A stretch of DNA of 64,000 nucleotides from an uncultured Candidatus Saccharibacteria bacterium. GTDB taxonomy: Bacteria; Patescibacteriota; Minisyncoccia; Phycocordibacterales; UBA9988. Position 1 is the stretch's first letter. The number at the start of each line of letters is the position of its first letter. The DNA is taken from contig CAYNXC010000001.1 in the NCBI GenBank assembly GCA_964401135.1, positions 122,778 to 186,777 on the forward strand, read 5' to 3'. The notes under the pieces are model-generated. The model was not told the DNA's origin. It made no database searches and saw only the letters and a list, made by a program, of their open reading frames with translations. The position numbers and the translations under genes were made by a program. Shown here piece by piece: positions 48,101 to 56,896 of the stretch.

Positions 48101-48426
48101 TTTTTTGCGGCATCATTAAACTTCTCAATACCATACGCTTCAATATCTTTTTTTGTTTTGAGGTCAAGCTCCTTCTCTACCACATTTTCTACCGGGAGAC
48201 CGTGACAGTCCCAGCCCCAACGGCGGCGGAGCTTCTCACCCAGCATCACGCGGTAGCGCGGAACCGCATCTTTGATGGCGCTTGCTAAGAGATGTCCGTA
48301 GTGTGGAAGGCCTGTCGCAAAAGGAGGGCCATCGTAAAAGATAAAGGGTTTGTCCCCGCGATTTTCAGTCTTGGCAAAAATATCCTTCTCCTTCCAAAAT
48401 TGTAGAATCTTTTTCTCGTAGTCCAT
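45100..48426 (-). CDS. ileS: Isoleucine--tRNA ligase (type 2) carrying an inserted histidine-phosphatase domain
   Basis: FYDGPPFATGLPHYGHLL and KMSKRLKN. Residues about 478-658 contain ILLRHGE...LVVSHG, a PGAM-like insert. Confidence 0.9.
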   Translation of the reverse strand: MDYEKKILQFWKEKDIFAKTENRGDKPFIFYDGPPFATGLPHYGHLLASAIKDAVPRYRVMLGEKLRRRWGWDCHGLPVENVVEKELDLKTKKDIEAYGIEKFNDAAKKSVLRYTEEWKEIIPRFGRFVDMVHDYRTMDPSYTESVWWAFKTLYDKGLIYEGYKPMHICPRCETTLANFEVNQGYKDVTDISVTVKFPLVGEDLTFLLAWTTTPWTLPGNVALAVSTGLTYIRAKVGEEIYILSKDRAPHILTGEYDVLGELSGAELVGKKYLPPFSYFSEDATLKNREKGWTVYAADFVTAEDGTGIVHIAPAFGEDDMVLGMREELPFVQHVGMDGRFTLAVSDFAGIPVKSKDDPQAADILILKYLVGRNLLFAKEKIIHSYPHCWRCDTPLLNYAASSWFVKVTAFKDELLKANEAITWIPSHIKEGRFGKWLEGARDWAISRSRFWGAPLPVWRCNSCNDMTVIGSLKDLSDAHPLHNTYILLRHGEIDANISGEVSADATKVTPLTPDGIHTVEKSAEELKEEKPDLILHSPFYRTKETTRIVAVALDIPQEEIIEVPALRELNPGNFSGGTWESYWEHKPDDGEDRDSVLQRMEGFLQETESRYLGKRILVVSHGLPLFMLRKVIEGEGAHLGTGEWYRTTSRRLPRNADGEIDLHRPYIDAIQFPCSCGGVHTRVSEVFDCWFESGSMPFAEAHYPFEEQGSFDPARGTGFPADFIAEGLDQTRGWFYSMLVLGVGLFGVSPYRNVIVNGLILAEDGQKMSKRLKNYPDPVEVMERYGADALRFYLLSSPVVRAEDLNFSEKGVAEVYRKNVVRLTNVRSFLELYRPQGHVLPDYHESTVLLDQWIRARLDELQTQVEEAMDAYELDRATKPISTFIDDLSTWYLRRSRERFKDEGGLSIVSATLTHVLKEVSKIIAPFMPFLAEEIYLSVRETSDPESVHLALWPVSSGGDPGTLQLMATTRELVSVALKWREREGIKIRQPLSTMKVKTLVPEAYLALIRDEVNVKEVLEGRDMGELVWLDTIITPVLREEGTVREFVRSIQDFRKSGSCAPKETITLTIHARKEEQLLLEKYRAELEQATATVLTLTEGEEFAISRS

Positions 48427-48431
48427 ACCTG

Positions 48432-50093
48432 TTACATCCTATCTGGAGCAGACATACCGAGCAAGGTAAGCGTGCGTGCGAGTACTCTACGAGTAGCTGA
48501 GGTGAGTGCTACACGGTAGGCCTCCGCCTCTGAGCCAACAATGCGATTACCTGCGTAGTATGCGTTAAATGCTCCCGCGAGCTCATTTGCGTACGAGACC
48601 AAACGTTGCGGAGCCAGTTCCGTGACGGCGCGTCCTGCCTCCTCGGGGAAGTGAAAAATAAGCCGCTCAAGAACACCCGGCACTTCTGGGCTGTGTACGC
48701 TTGCCGCCACATTGGATTGTGAGAGTACATTGGCCGCACGTGCATGTGTGTACTGGAGGTAAGGACCAGAGTCGCCGGTAAATGAAATAGATTTATCACT
48801 ATCAAAAACAATGTCCCTCCCTATCCCCTGCTTGAGTATTGAGTATTTGAGTGCGGCAACAGAAATAAGATCGAGTGATCCACTTGCCTCCTTTCTCTCT
48901 CCTGCAGAAGCAATACGGATACGAATCTTTTCCCGTACCTCATCTATAAGCCGCTCGGCGGTGAGCACATATCCGGTACGGGAAGACATTTTACCAGACG
49001 GGAGGCGCAGCATCCCGTGCGGGATATGTTTTTGTCTTGCAGCAAGCTCGGGGAAGATTTCTCCCATTGCGACAATGAGCACTTTAAAGTACTCACTAAC
49101 CTCATTCCCCGTCACTACGACCGAGAGATCGTGGGGGTAGCGCTCGTACTTGATCTGCGCGAGACCGAGCTCCTTTGCCTCGTAGGTGGGGAGGCCTTCT
49201 GTATTGAGAAAGACGCGTGTGTGGAACCCCTTTTTTTCACCACGGTAAATGATTGCGCCATCGCTCTCTTCAAATACATCACCCGTATGCTCGCGCACAA
49301 TTTTCTTGCCAAATTCACCCGTCTCGCTCTCGAAGAAATAGTAATCAAAGTGAGTGCCAAGCATTGCGTAGATCGTCTCAAAATATTCTAGAGAGATCCT
49401 TCTCCCCATATCGTAGAGAGTATTTATTTCTGAGTCACTGCGCTCGTATACTTTTTTATTTATCTCCTGAATCTCTCTCTTTGCTTGTTCATCTGACTCG
49501 TAAGATATCGCCCCTAATGTATACGCCTCACCGAGCACAGCGATCGAGCTGGCTCCAACTCCTTTTTTTTGCATACCCCACAATGCCTTTGCCACATGAA
49601 GGCCGATATCGCCCTGATAGTTGGACCGCTTCACCTCTGCCCCACCCCACTCGATAAGTCGTGAGAGAGATTCGCCAATGGTATTACTCATTAAGTGGCC
49701 AATGTGGAAGAGTTTGAAAGGGTTGGGATCAGTGTACTCAATAATCACTTTTTTATCTGCGTAGGCAAGGCTCTTACCGTAGTCTGGATTAGTAGACGCC
49801 TCGGTAATGGCGCGATGGAAAACTTCGTAGCTTAGGAAAAAGTTTATGAATCCTGCCCCAGCAACTTCTATCCGCTCTATCCCCTGTATTTTTGTTTTAG
49901 AGAGTTCAGCAGTAATTCCCTCCGCATGCTCTCGTACTGATGCACCCGTCTTTTTGGCAAGCAAGAAAGCTACATTACACGCATAATCTCCCCTTCCCTC
50001 TCCTCCCCACTCAACAGTAAAGGGGGACTCTGGAAGTCCGAGAGCTCTACAGACACTCTGTACCGCGTCAGCAATCTCATTCTGCACTATCAC
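48432..50093 (-). CDS. argS: Arginine--tRNA ligase
   Basis: YTDPNPFKLFHIGHLMSNTIGESL, with Arg_tRNA_synt_N and DALR domains. Confidence 0.9.
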   Translation of the reverse strand: MIVQNEIADAVQSVCRALGLPESPFTVEWGGEGRGDYACNVAFLLAKKTGASVREHAEGITAELSKTKIQGIERIEVAGAGFINFFLSYEVFHRAITEASTNPDYGKSLAYADKKVIIEYTDPNPFKLFHIGHLMSNTIGESLSRLIEWGGAEVKRSNYQGDIGLHVAKALWGMQKKGVGASSIAVLGEAYTLGAISYESDEQAKREIQEINKKVYERSDSEINTLYDMGRRISLEYFETIYAMLGTHFDYYFFESETGEFGKKIVREHTGDVFEESDGAIIYRGEKKGFHTRVFLNTEGLPTYEAKELGLAQIKYERYPHDLSVVVTGNEVSEYFKVLIVAMGEIFPELAARQKHIPHGMLRLPSGKMSSRTGYVLTAERLIDEVREKIRIRIASAGERKEASGSLDLISVAALKYSILKQGIGRDIVFDSDKSISFTGDSGPYLQYTHARAANVLSQSNVAASVHSPEVPGVLERLIFHFPEEAGRAVTELAPQRLVSYANELAGAFNAYYAGNRIVGSEAEAYRVALTSATRRVLARTLTLLGMSAPDRM

Positions 50094-50117
50094 GCCATTC
50101 TAGCAGAAATCCTTCAC

Positions 50118-50152
50118 TAAAAAAGCCCGCCGTGAGGCGGGCTTTTTTGAGC
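50118..50152. terminator. Bidirectional intrinsic terminator
   Basis: AAAAAAGCCCGCCGTGAGGCGGGCTTTTTTGAG. Confidence 0.55.
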
Positions 50153-50166
50153 TAGGTGGTACTAGG

Positions 50167-50607
50167 TTATGGGAAAGGGACTGAGTCGGTTCTCCATGTA
50201 GAGCCAAAGCTGGTTCCAGTAGGGTGACCTCCCTCCCGCGCAGTCCACGAAGCATGGATCAGTCCTACGGCAACAGTATCCTGATTGGGGAGTGCATTCA
50301 TTCCGTCTTCCCGTCTGCTGATAAAAACAAATGTAACGGGGATGATGACCTCTGTATTTTCAGATAAGATGAAACTATTGTCTAATCCTGTAGTAATCAC
50401 TCCTGTGGGAACAGCAAAGTCGGTCGAGGAAGCTACATGAAGCACTCTCGAGGAGCCATAAACACTACGAAGATAAGTAAACCAAGCTGTACGAGGGAAC
50501 ATCGGTGTTTTTGAAGCGACTGTACCAAAAACGATGTCTCCACCAACAGCTCTTACTTTTACAGTAAACGATTGAGTACCTGCATAGCAGAACTCTTCCA
50601 CGCCCAT
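50167..50607 (-). CDS. Hypothetical protein (146 aa)
   Basis: ORF only. Confidence 0.25.
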   Translation of the reverse strand: MGVEEFCYAGTQSFTVKVRAVGGDIVFGTVASKTPMFPRTAWFTYLRSVYGSSRVLHVASSTDFAVPTGVITTGLDNSFILSENTEVIIPVTFVFISRREDGMNALPNQDTVAVGLIHASWTAREGGHPTGTSFGSTWRTDSVPFP

Positions 50608-50708
50608 TCGTTACCCTCTATAGCGATTAGAGACATCTCTGCACTCCTTTCTTGTAAGAGTTCATTTCTAGCGGGCAGTATGATGAGATAAGTACCAATG
50701 GACAAGGG

Positions 50709-51140
50709 CTAAGTACCGGTACTGCCAAAGCCTCTATCTCCTCGTGGGCTATCCTTGAGAGAGGCCGCCTCACAGATCTCAACCCGCGCAACTGGCTGGA
50801 TCAGTACTTGCGCTACTTTTTCGCCTTTTTTGAACAGATAATCTTTGTCACCGAGGTTTACCACACCAACAAGGTACTCTCCACGGTACCCGGCATCGAT
50901 GACTCCACCAATTGTAGTAATACCTGCTTTGAAAGCAATTCCGCTCTTATCCCACACGAGTGAGACATAGCCATCGGGCAATTCCATTGCAATGCCGGTA
51001 GGAACAGTGGTCCGCTTTCCCTTGCGGACGAGGGTATCTTCTACAGCATAAACATCCATTCCCGCATCCCAAGGATATGCGTATGATGGCAACATAGCAT
51101 CTGACTGTAACTTTTTTACTTGAACCTGAAGCATATTCAT
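50709..51140 (-). CDS. dut: dUTP diphosphatase
   Basis: AGMDVYA...TGIAMELPDGY...IDAGYRGE...RGDRGFGSTG, the dUTPase motifs. Confidence 0.8.
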   Translation of the reverse strand: MNMLQVQVKKLQSDAMLPSYAYPWDAGMDVYAVEDTLVRKGKRTTVPTGIAMELPDGYVSLVWDKSGIAFKAGITTIGGVIDAGYRGEYLVGVVNLGDKDYLFKKGEKVAQVLIQPVARVEICEAASLKDSPRGDRGFGSTGT

Positions 51141-51481
51141 GAGTATAGCAAAAATTGCTAGTCTGCAGACAGACAAGAACATTCACAATAAAGAGAAAAA
51201 GGAGGCGGAATGTCTAATAGAAATCTTACGGCACTGATACATCTCGTTGAATTACGCTCTACCAGCGCGGTACTCCCCACGCTCCAACGCCGTGGCTTAC
51301 AGATGGGACATACGCTCTCCTGTCTCCTTTCTGATTACGAGTTCAAGCTCTACTGTGATGAACAGCCATTTGAGCGCTTTGACCCCAATCGCGGGAAGCA
51401 AGATATTGCTTAAAGAGAACTTGCAGTCCTCTGAAGTAAAAAAATAACCCCTCATTCGCTCGTGGCGAATGAGGGGTTTTC

Positions 51482-52573
51482 TTATGCGAAGTGCTTTGAT
51501 AGTCTTGCGATATTCTGAGAACGGTAGTGTGAGGTTCCAAGTTGATCATAGTGCTCATCGGGTGGCTCCGCCATCCGCTCAAAGCGTACCTTTGCAAAGG
51601 CCTGGCCTTTTCGGATAACCAAATCCTCATAAGGTCTCACCTCAAGCGTGATAGGTCTCCCCTTCCCCTTGCCGCTCTTCCCATAGCCCCAACCAGCATC
51701 TATGTATCCAGCGTAATGAGAACGAAATTCTCCATTTCGCGAGTCCATATCTACCACCTCACACGAGAGATGAGGAGGAACACAGACATACTCATGAGTA
51801 GAGAGCACATAGAATTCTCCACAGCGCAGTCGCAACATCTCCCCATCAGAGTACAGGCGCTCAAAGTAATCGAGCCGACGATAGTTACGACAAGAAAAGT
51901 TAAGCACTCTGGACGGTCTCCGGCACCGGTAGCCAACAAAACCTTTTTTGAGCGACAGAGTAAGGAGTACGGATCCATCAGTATCCGTAATAGAGAGGTC
52001 CGAGTACTTAAGCACGGTACCTTCAGGAGAGAAGATGAGTGAGGTACGCTCCATTTCAATCTGGAGCTCCAGCTCTGAAAATCGCGTATTTGCGGTAAAG
52101 AGCCGCAACTGCGCAATCCGTTCTCCTACTGGGATAATAATTGGGTACGATTTTGGTGTAATGGCCGCCCAGAGTGTTGCCGAGTGGCCTGGTGGAGTCA
52201 CAGCATCAAAACGGGGGACCCCATCCGCCAAGACACGGACATGGACATCGTTCCTCCCTGTGCTCGACTTTGGGTTACAGTACCCGTATACCCCATGAGG
52301 CAGAACTACACTCTCTCTGAGCCGCGCAAAATATGAGACACCAACCTCCATGACTTGATGCAAATCATGTAGCGTTGAACCAGCACAAGCGAGTGAATCT
52401 TCTACTCGCTCATTCACACGAGGTTGGACAATCCCTTCTACGCGCCAACATTGGCCCGAGAGCGACAGATCTACTGACGATGGGTTTACCTGCTCATCTA
52501 ACGCTCCACGGATGTGTCCCGTATGGATAAACGACTGTAACATCTGTTGTGGAAGTACTCCGGCATGCTTCAT
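51482..52573 (-). CDS. DCD-family (2'-deoxycytidine 5'-triphosphate deaminase-like, dUTPase-fold) protein
   Basis: About 360 aa with the size and pattern of the long dCTP deaminase family. A GAGGAGG RBS. Confidence 0.4.
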   Translation of the reverse strand: MKHAGVLPQQMLQSFIHTGHIRGALDEQVNPSSVDLSLSGQCWRVEGIVQPRVNERVEDSLACAGSTLHDLHQVMEVGVSYFARLRESVVLPHGVYGYCNPKSSTGRNDVHVRVLADGVPRFDAVTPPGHSATLWAAITPKSYPIIIPVGERIAQLRLFTANTRFSELELQIEMERTSLIFSPEGTVLKYSDLSITDTDGSVLLTLSLKKGFVGYRCRRPSRVLNFSCRNYRRLDYFERLYSDGEMLRLRCGEFYVLSTHEYVCVPPHLSCEVVDMDSRNGEFRSHYAGYIDAGWGYGKSGKGKGRPITLEVRPYEDLVIRKGQAFAKVRFERMAEPPDEHYDQLGTSHYRSQNIARLSKHFA

Positions 52574-52616
52574 CTCTATCCTCCTCTTCTCAAAGATCTA
52601 TATATTGCTCCTGTAG

Positions 52617-52650
52617 TAGTACAGAAAAACCCCGCCCTTTGCAAGGGCTG
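52617..52650. terminator. Bidirectional terminator after rplK
   Basis: AAAAACCCCGCCCTTTGCAAGGGCTGGGTTTTT. Confidence 0.5.
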
Positions 52651-52691
52651 GGTTTTTAATCCTTTGATCCTTATTACTTGTTCCTTGGTAC

Positions 52692-53117
52692 TTATTTGAT
52701 CACCTCTACTCCCATAGAGCGTGCGGTGCCCTCTACCATACGCATTGCCCCTTCTATATCTGCAGCGTTGAGATCTACCATCTTCTTCTCGGCAATCTCC
52801 TTTACCTGCACCTTGGTGATCTTACCCACCTTCTGTGTTCCCGCTTTGCCCGCCCCCTTATCTAGCTTGGCAGCTTTTAAAATAAACTGCGGGACGGGGG
52901 AAGATTTGAGGATAAAATCAAAGCTCCGGTCATCGTAAATACTCACAATCACCGGGACGATGTCTCCTGCCATCTGTGCGGTTGCCGCGTTGAATTTACT
53001 CACAAAATCACCGATGTTGATGCCAGCGGGTCCGAGAGCAGTACCTACTGGAGGAGCCGGAGTCGCCTTCCCTGCGGGGATCTGAAGCTTTATCTCTTTG
53101 GTCACTTTCTTAGCCAT
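52692..53117 (-). CDS. rplK: Ribosomal protein uL11
   Basis: [26 protein letters not shown]. Confidence 0.95.
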   Translation of the reverse strand: MAKKVTKEIKLQIPAGKATPAPPVGTALGPAGINIGDFVSKFNAATAQMAGDIVPVIVSIYDDRSFDFILKSSPVPQFILKAAKLDKGAGKAGTQKVGKITKVQVKEIAEKKMVDLNAADIEGAMRMVEGTARSMGVEVIK

Positions 53118-53133
53118 GACGCTTTGTTTTACC

Positions 53134-53709
53134 TTAAATTCTCTTAACTTGCAAGAAATCTAGTTCCAAGGGGGTCTCGCGGCCAAACATAGAAACGAGA
53201 ACTTTAACTTTACCACGATCTGTATCTACCTCTGCCACCTTACCCTCAAAGTCTTTGAAGGGACCGTCTACAATTTGTACTGACTCACCTGTCGCTAGCT
53301 CTATGGTGTGCTTCACCGTCTCGTCTCCCATGCGAGAGAAGAGCTCGGCAACCTCCTGCTCATTCAATGGCACCGGAATGACACCCGAGCCAACGAATCC
53401 AGTCACACGAGGCGTGTTGCGAACCACATACCAACTCTCTGGATCGTAGACCATCTCCACAAGCACATAGCCGGGGTAAATTTTCTCTTCTACCGTGATA
53501 CGCTTACCACCTTTCACCTTCACAATCTTTTCAATCGGCACCATCACATTAAAAATCTTCCCTTCCATCCCGAGAGACTCTATACGCTGTTTGAGATTCC
53601 TAAGCACTGTATTCTCGTAGCCAGAGTAGGTATGAATAGCATACCAGCGTTTATCGCCGGATGGAGCCATCTCAAGGAGCGAGGCTGGTTGTGGAGCGTC
53701 AGATTCCAT
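53134..53709 (-). CDS. nusG: Transcription antiterminator NusG
   Basis: [14 protein letters not shown] (NGN) and a C-terminal KOW domain. Confidence 0.9.
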   Translation of the reverse strand: MESDAPQPASLLEMAPSGDKRWYAIHTYSGYENTVLRNLKQRIESLGMEGKIFNVMVPIEKIVKVKGGKRITVEEKIYPGYVLVEMVYDPESWYVVRNTPRVTGFVGSGVIPVPLNEQEVAELFSRMGDETVKHTIELATGESVQIVDGPFKDFEGKVAEVDTDRGKVKVLVSMFGRETPLELDFLQVKRI

Positions 53710-53714
53710 ATATA

Positions 53715-53894
53715 TTACACGATGAGTGCGCCAATAAGGTAGGTAAAGATGAGGTCAAAGAGTGCAAGAAAGAGTGATATGCCCGCAGAAAAAATAATCA
53801 CCGTCAGGGTAAAGTTGACTGCCTGATTGCGCGTAGGCCAATTGACATGGTTGAGCTCGCGCTTGGTCTCTTCAAGATATGTTCCAATACTCAT
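53715..53894 (-). CDS. secE: Preprotein translocase SecE (59 aa)
   Basis: Minus-strand translation MSIGTYLEETKRELNHVNWPTRNQAVNFTLTVIIFSAGISLFLALFDLIFTYLIGALIV. Below the ORF-track cutoff. Confidence 0.6.
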   Translation of the reverse strand: MSIGTYLEETKRELNHVNWPTRNQAVNFTLTVIIFSAGISLFLALFDLIFTYLIGALIV

Positions 53895-53994
53895 ATATGT
53901 AGTCTAAATAAAAACGCCCCGCAGGGCAACCTGCCTATCGTAGGCAGGCCCTCAGAATACACCCGCAGGACATCCTTTGTCAAGTTGTTAGACT

Positions 53995-54837
53995 TTACGA
54001 GCGTTTGCCTACTTTGCGGCGAGAGACGATAAAGAGGTTTGAGTACTTCTTAGGGCGGCGAGTCTTTTGGCCCTTGCCGGTCGGCCTACCCCATGCACTC
54101 TTAGCTCGGCGCAATCCCCTGCCTTGACGCCCTTCACCACCTCCATGTGGGTGATCAACAGGGTTCATAGCACTACCGCGCACAGTTGGACGGATACCCA
54201 TCCAGCGAGAACGGCCTGCCTTCCCGATCTTTACCAATTTATATTCCTCGTTAGAAACGGCACCAATACTTGCCCACGCATTCTCATCAATGCGGTGCAC
54301 CTCCGTTGAGGGTAATTTCACATTCACATAGCCTGCGTTTGAGCCCAACACCTCCGCAAAGCTCCCTGCCGATCGCACCAACTTAGCTCCCCCTCTCGGC
54401 TTCATCTCAATGTTATATATAAATGTTCCCGCAGGGATGCGCTTTAAGGGTACACGATTTCCCACCTTCAAGTCCGCTTTTTCAGACACAATAAAGTTGT
54501 CCCCCGCCTTCATACTCTGCGGGATGAGCACATAGCGTCGTTCACCATCACGGTAGAGTGCTACGCCAATAAAGCCCGAGCGATTTGGATCGTATTCAAC
54601 AGATCTGAGCGTAGCGGGAATGTTGTACTTGTTATAACTAAAATCAACTGCACGGTAGAGTCGCTTATGTCCGCCTCCCTTATGGCGCACAGTAACTCGT
54701 CCATCAGCATTCCTCCCCACATGGCGCTTAGCCCCTGTCGTCAAAGACTTAAGTGGTTCTGCATGTGTAAGCACACCCTTGTAGGTGACTGTGCTCATGT
54801 TGCGGCGCGATGGCGTTGTTGCATGGTATGTTTTCAT
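53995..54837 (-). CDS. rplB: Ribosomal protein uL2
   Basis: GRNADGRVTVRHKGGGHKRLYR...HPHGGGEG. Confidence 0.95.
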   Translation of the reverse strand: MKTYHATTPSRRNMSTVTYKGVLTHAEPLKSLTTGAKRHVGRNADGRVTVRHKGGGHKRLYRAVDFSYNKYNIPATLRSVEYDPNRSGFIGVALYRDGERRYVLIPQSMKAGDNFIVSEKADLKVGNRVPLKRIPAGTFIYNIEMKPRGGAKLVRSAGSFAEVLGSNAGYVNVKLPSTEVHRIDENAWASIGAVSNEEYKLVKIGKAGRSRWMGIRPTVRGSAMNPVDHPHGGGEGRQGRGLRRAKSAWGRPTGKGQKTRRPKKYSNLFIVSRRKVGKRS

Positions 54838-54846
54838 ACAGTGTGG

Positions 54847-55149
54847 CTATCCTAATTCAATCGTCTCTCCTTTCTTTAAAAAGACAATTGCTTTTTTAAA
54901 TCCTGCTCGAACGCCACGGATACCACGGCGACCCACGCGGCGTTTGGATGGTACAGAAATAACATTCACCTTCACCGGACTGACTTTATAAAGCTCCTTC
55001 ACGGTACGGAGAATATCACTCTTGGTTGCGCGAGCTGATGCAATAAAGACATAAGCTCCCTTCTCTGCGAGTCCTGCTGCGCGCTCGGAAACATGAGGCT
55101 TAATGAGAGTCGTGGCGCTACGCTTCGTATTGTGTGCAATAGATGACAT
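54847..55149 (-). CDS. rplW: Ribosomal protein uL23
   Basis: Position and pattern (KPHVSERA...YVFIAS). Confidence 0.85.
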   Translation of the reverse strand: MSSIAHNTKRSATTLIKPHVSERAAGLAEKGAYVFIASARATKSDILRTVKELYKVSPVKVNVISVPSKRRVGRRGIRGVRAGFKKAIVFLKKGETIELG

Positions 55150-55150
55150 A

Positions 55151-55816
55151 TTATTTATTCACCCGTTCAGAAAGCTTTTTAAAACCATCCTTCGGATTTG
55201 CGATGACGATGTACTCGTAGGTGAGCAGATCCATGGGGCTAACCGTGCGTAGTTCCTCAACGCGGACGCTGGGGATATTGCGAAAGCCCCTTACCATATC
55301 TCCCTCAAGGGTCGCAGTGGTAATGAGCGCACGCTTACCGCGAGAGTAGCGCAGGCGCGGGCAGTTCACAATTTCTGCAAGCTTACCGAGGCGTTGTGAT
55401 GCCTCCTTTGTCTTTGGCGCCGAGAGTGCTGCTCCTTCTACAAAAAGAATCTCCCCATCGCGTAATTTTTGCGAGAGTACGGTGAGGAGTGCCTTGTCGC
55501 GCATTTTTTTGTTAATCTTGCGCTCGTAGTTACGCTCGTTGGTCGGCCCATGCGTCACACCACCACCCTTCCAGATAGGTGAACGAATGGAGCCGTGCCG
55601 TGCACGGCCAGTCCCCTTTTGGCGCCAAGGCTTTTTACCACCGCCACGGACTTCTCCTCGATCTTTTGCGTGTGCGGAGTTAGCGCGCGCATTACTGCGC
55701 ATAGCGGTAACCACTTGGTGTACGAGGTCCGCATTCCATGGGAGCGAAAAAAGCTCTCCCGGTACTGAGACCATGCCCGCCTTCTTGCCATCCCATGTGT
55801 ATACTTCGTGTTCCAT
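55151..55816 (-). CDS. rplD: Ribosomal protein uL4
   Basis: GGGKKPWRQKGTGRARHGSIRSPIWKGGG. Confidence 0.9.
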   Translation of the reverse strand: MEHEVYTWDGKKAGMVSVPGELFSLPWNADLVHQVVTAMRSNARANSAHAKDRGEVRGGGKKPWRQKGTGRARHGSIRSPIWKGGGVTHGPTNERNYERKINKKMRDKALLTVLSQKLRDGEILFVEGAALSAPKTKEASQRLGKLAEIVNCPRLRYSRGKRALITTATLEGDMVRGFRNIPSVRVEELRTVSPMDLLTYEYIVIANPKDGFKKLSERVNK

Positions 55817-55835
55817 ACTCGTTATTCGTCCAGCA

Positions 55836-56450
55836 CTATGCGGCGGTAACAGCAATCAGCGTCCCGCGACGTCCTGGGATTGCTCCTCCTATGTAGAGCT
55901 CACCCTTCTCGGCATCAACACGGAGTACTTTCAAATTTTTAACCGTTACCTGATCCACTCCCATACGACCCCCCATACGAATCCCCTTAAACACACGCTG
56001 TACACCAGAGGCTCCAATAGAACCTGGCTCGCGTAAGGAGTGCTTTTGTCCGTGACTGCGGCGCCCTCCGTGAAAGCCGTGCCGCTTCACCACACCTTGA
56101 AAGCCCTTCCCTTTAGAGATGCCACGGACCGTTACCGAGTCACCGGGAGTGAACTGGCTCACATCTACCGTATCGCCTACCTTTTTTTCATCACCTTCAT
56201 CTACACGGAACTCCTTAAGATTTTTAAAGAGTCCACCTGAGGCCTTGAGGTGCCCCTTGAGTTGCTTGGTTACCGACTTCTCCTTCGCCACAGTAAAGCC
56301 CACCTGAATAGCAGTGTAACCGTCCTTCTCTTTTGTGCGGACATGGGTCACGGTAACGGGACCTGCTTTGAGCACAGTTGCGCCATAGGCATTGCCGCTC
56401 TCATCAAAGAGCTCCGTCATCGCTGTCTTTGTGGCGAGTAGGTATTTCAT
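55836..56450 (-). CDS. rplC: Ribosomal protein uL3
   Basis: GKGFQGVVKRHGFHGG. Confidence 0.95.
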   Translation of the reverse strand: MKYLLATKTAMTELFDESGNAYGATVLKAGPVTVTHVRTKEKDGYTAIQVGFTVAKEKSVTKQLKGHLKASGGLFKNLKEFRVDEGDEKKVGDTVDVSQFTPGDSVTVRGISKGKGFQGVVKRHGFHGGRRSHGQKHSLREPGSIGASGVQRVFKGIRMGGRMGVDQVTVKNLKVLRVDAEKGELYIGGAIPGRRGTLIAVTAA

Positions 56451-56457
56451 AGGATAA

Positions 56458-56874
56458 CTACATCATCTTCACATCAATATGCACTCCCGATGGGAGTGAG
56501 AGGTTGGTGAGACTCTCAACAATCTTTTGGTTAGGGTTTAAGATATCTAATAGTCGTTTATGGATACGCATCTCAAACTGCTCACGCGAGTTCTTATCAA
56601 TAAAAGACGCGCGATTCACCGTGTAACGCTTGATGCCTGTAGGGATCGGCACTGGGCCGCGCACTTTTGCGTCATAGCGGAGTGCAGTATCTACAATCTG
56701 TTTGACTGAAGCGTCCAGCACCTTATTCTCGTACGCCGAGATGCGGATGCGGAGCTTCCCCAGTTCACCCTCCTTGAGCGCCACCTTAGCTACACCGGCC
56801 CGCTTGTGCGGTGTCGCGGGGCCCTTAGCTTTTGCTTTTGTCGGGGTTGTTGTGGTCATAGTAAGAAAGAACAA
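56458..56874 (-). CDS. rpsJ: Ribosomal protein uS10 with an N-terminal extension of about 35 aa
   Basis: LRIRISAYENKVLDASVKQIVDTA. Confidence 0.85.
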   Translation of the reverse strand: MFFLTMTTTTPTKAKAKGPATPHKRAGVAKVALKEGELGKLRIRISAYENKVLDASVKQIVDTALRYDAKVRGPVPIPTGIKRYTVNRASFIDKNSREQFEMRIHKRLLDILNPNQKIVESLTNLSLPSGVHIDVKMM

Positions 56875-56896
56875 GGTGAGTACACGAGGACACTCC

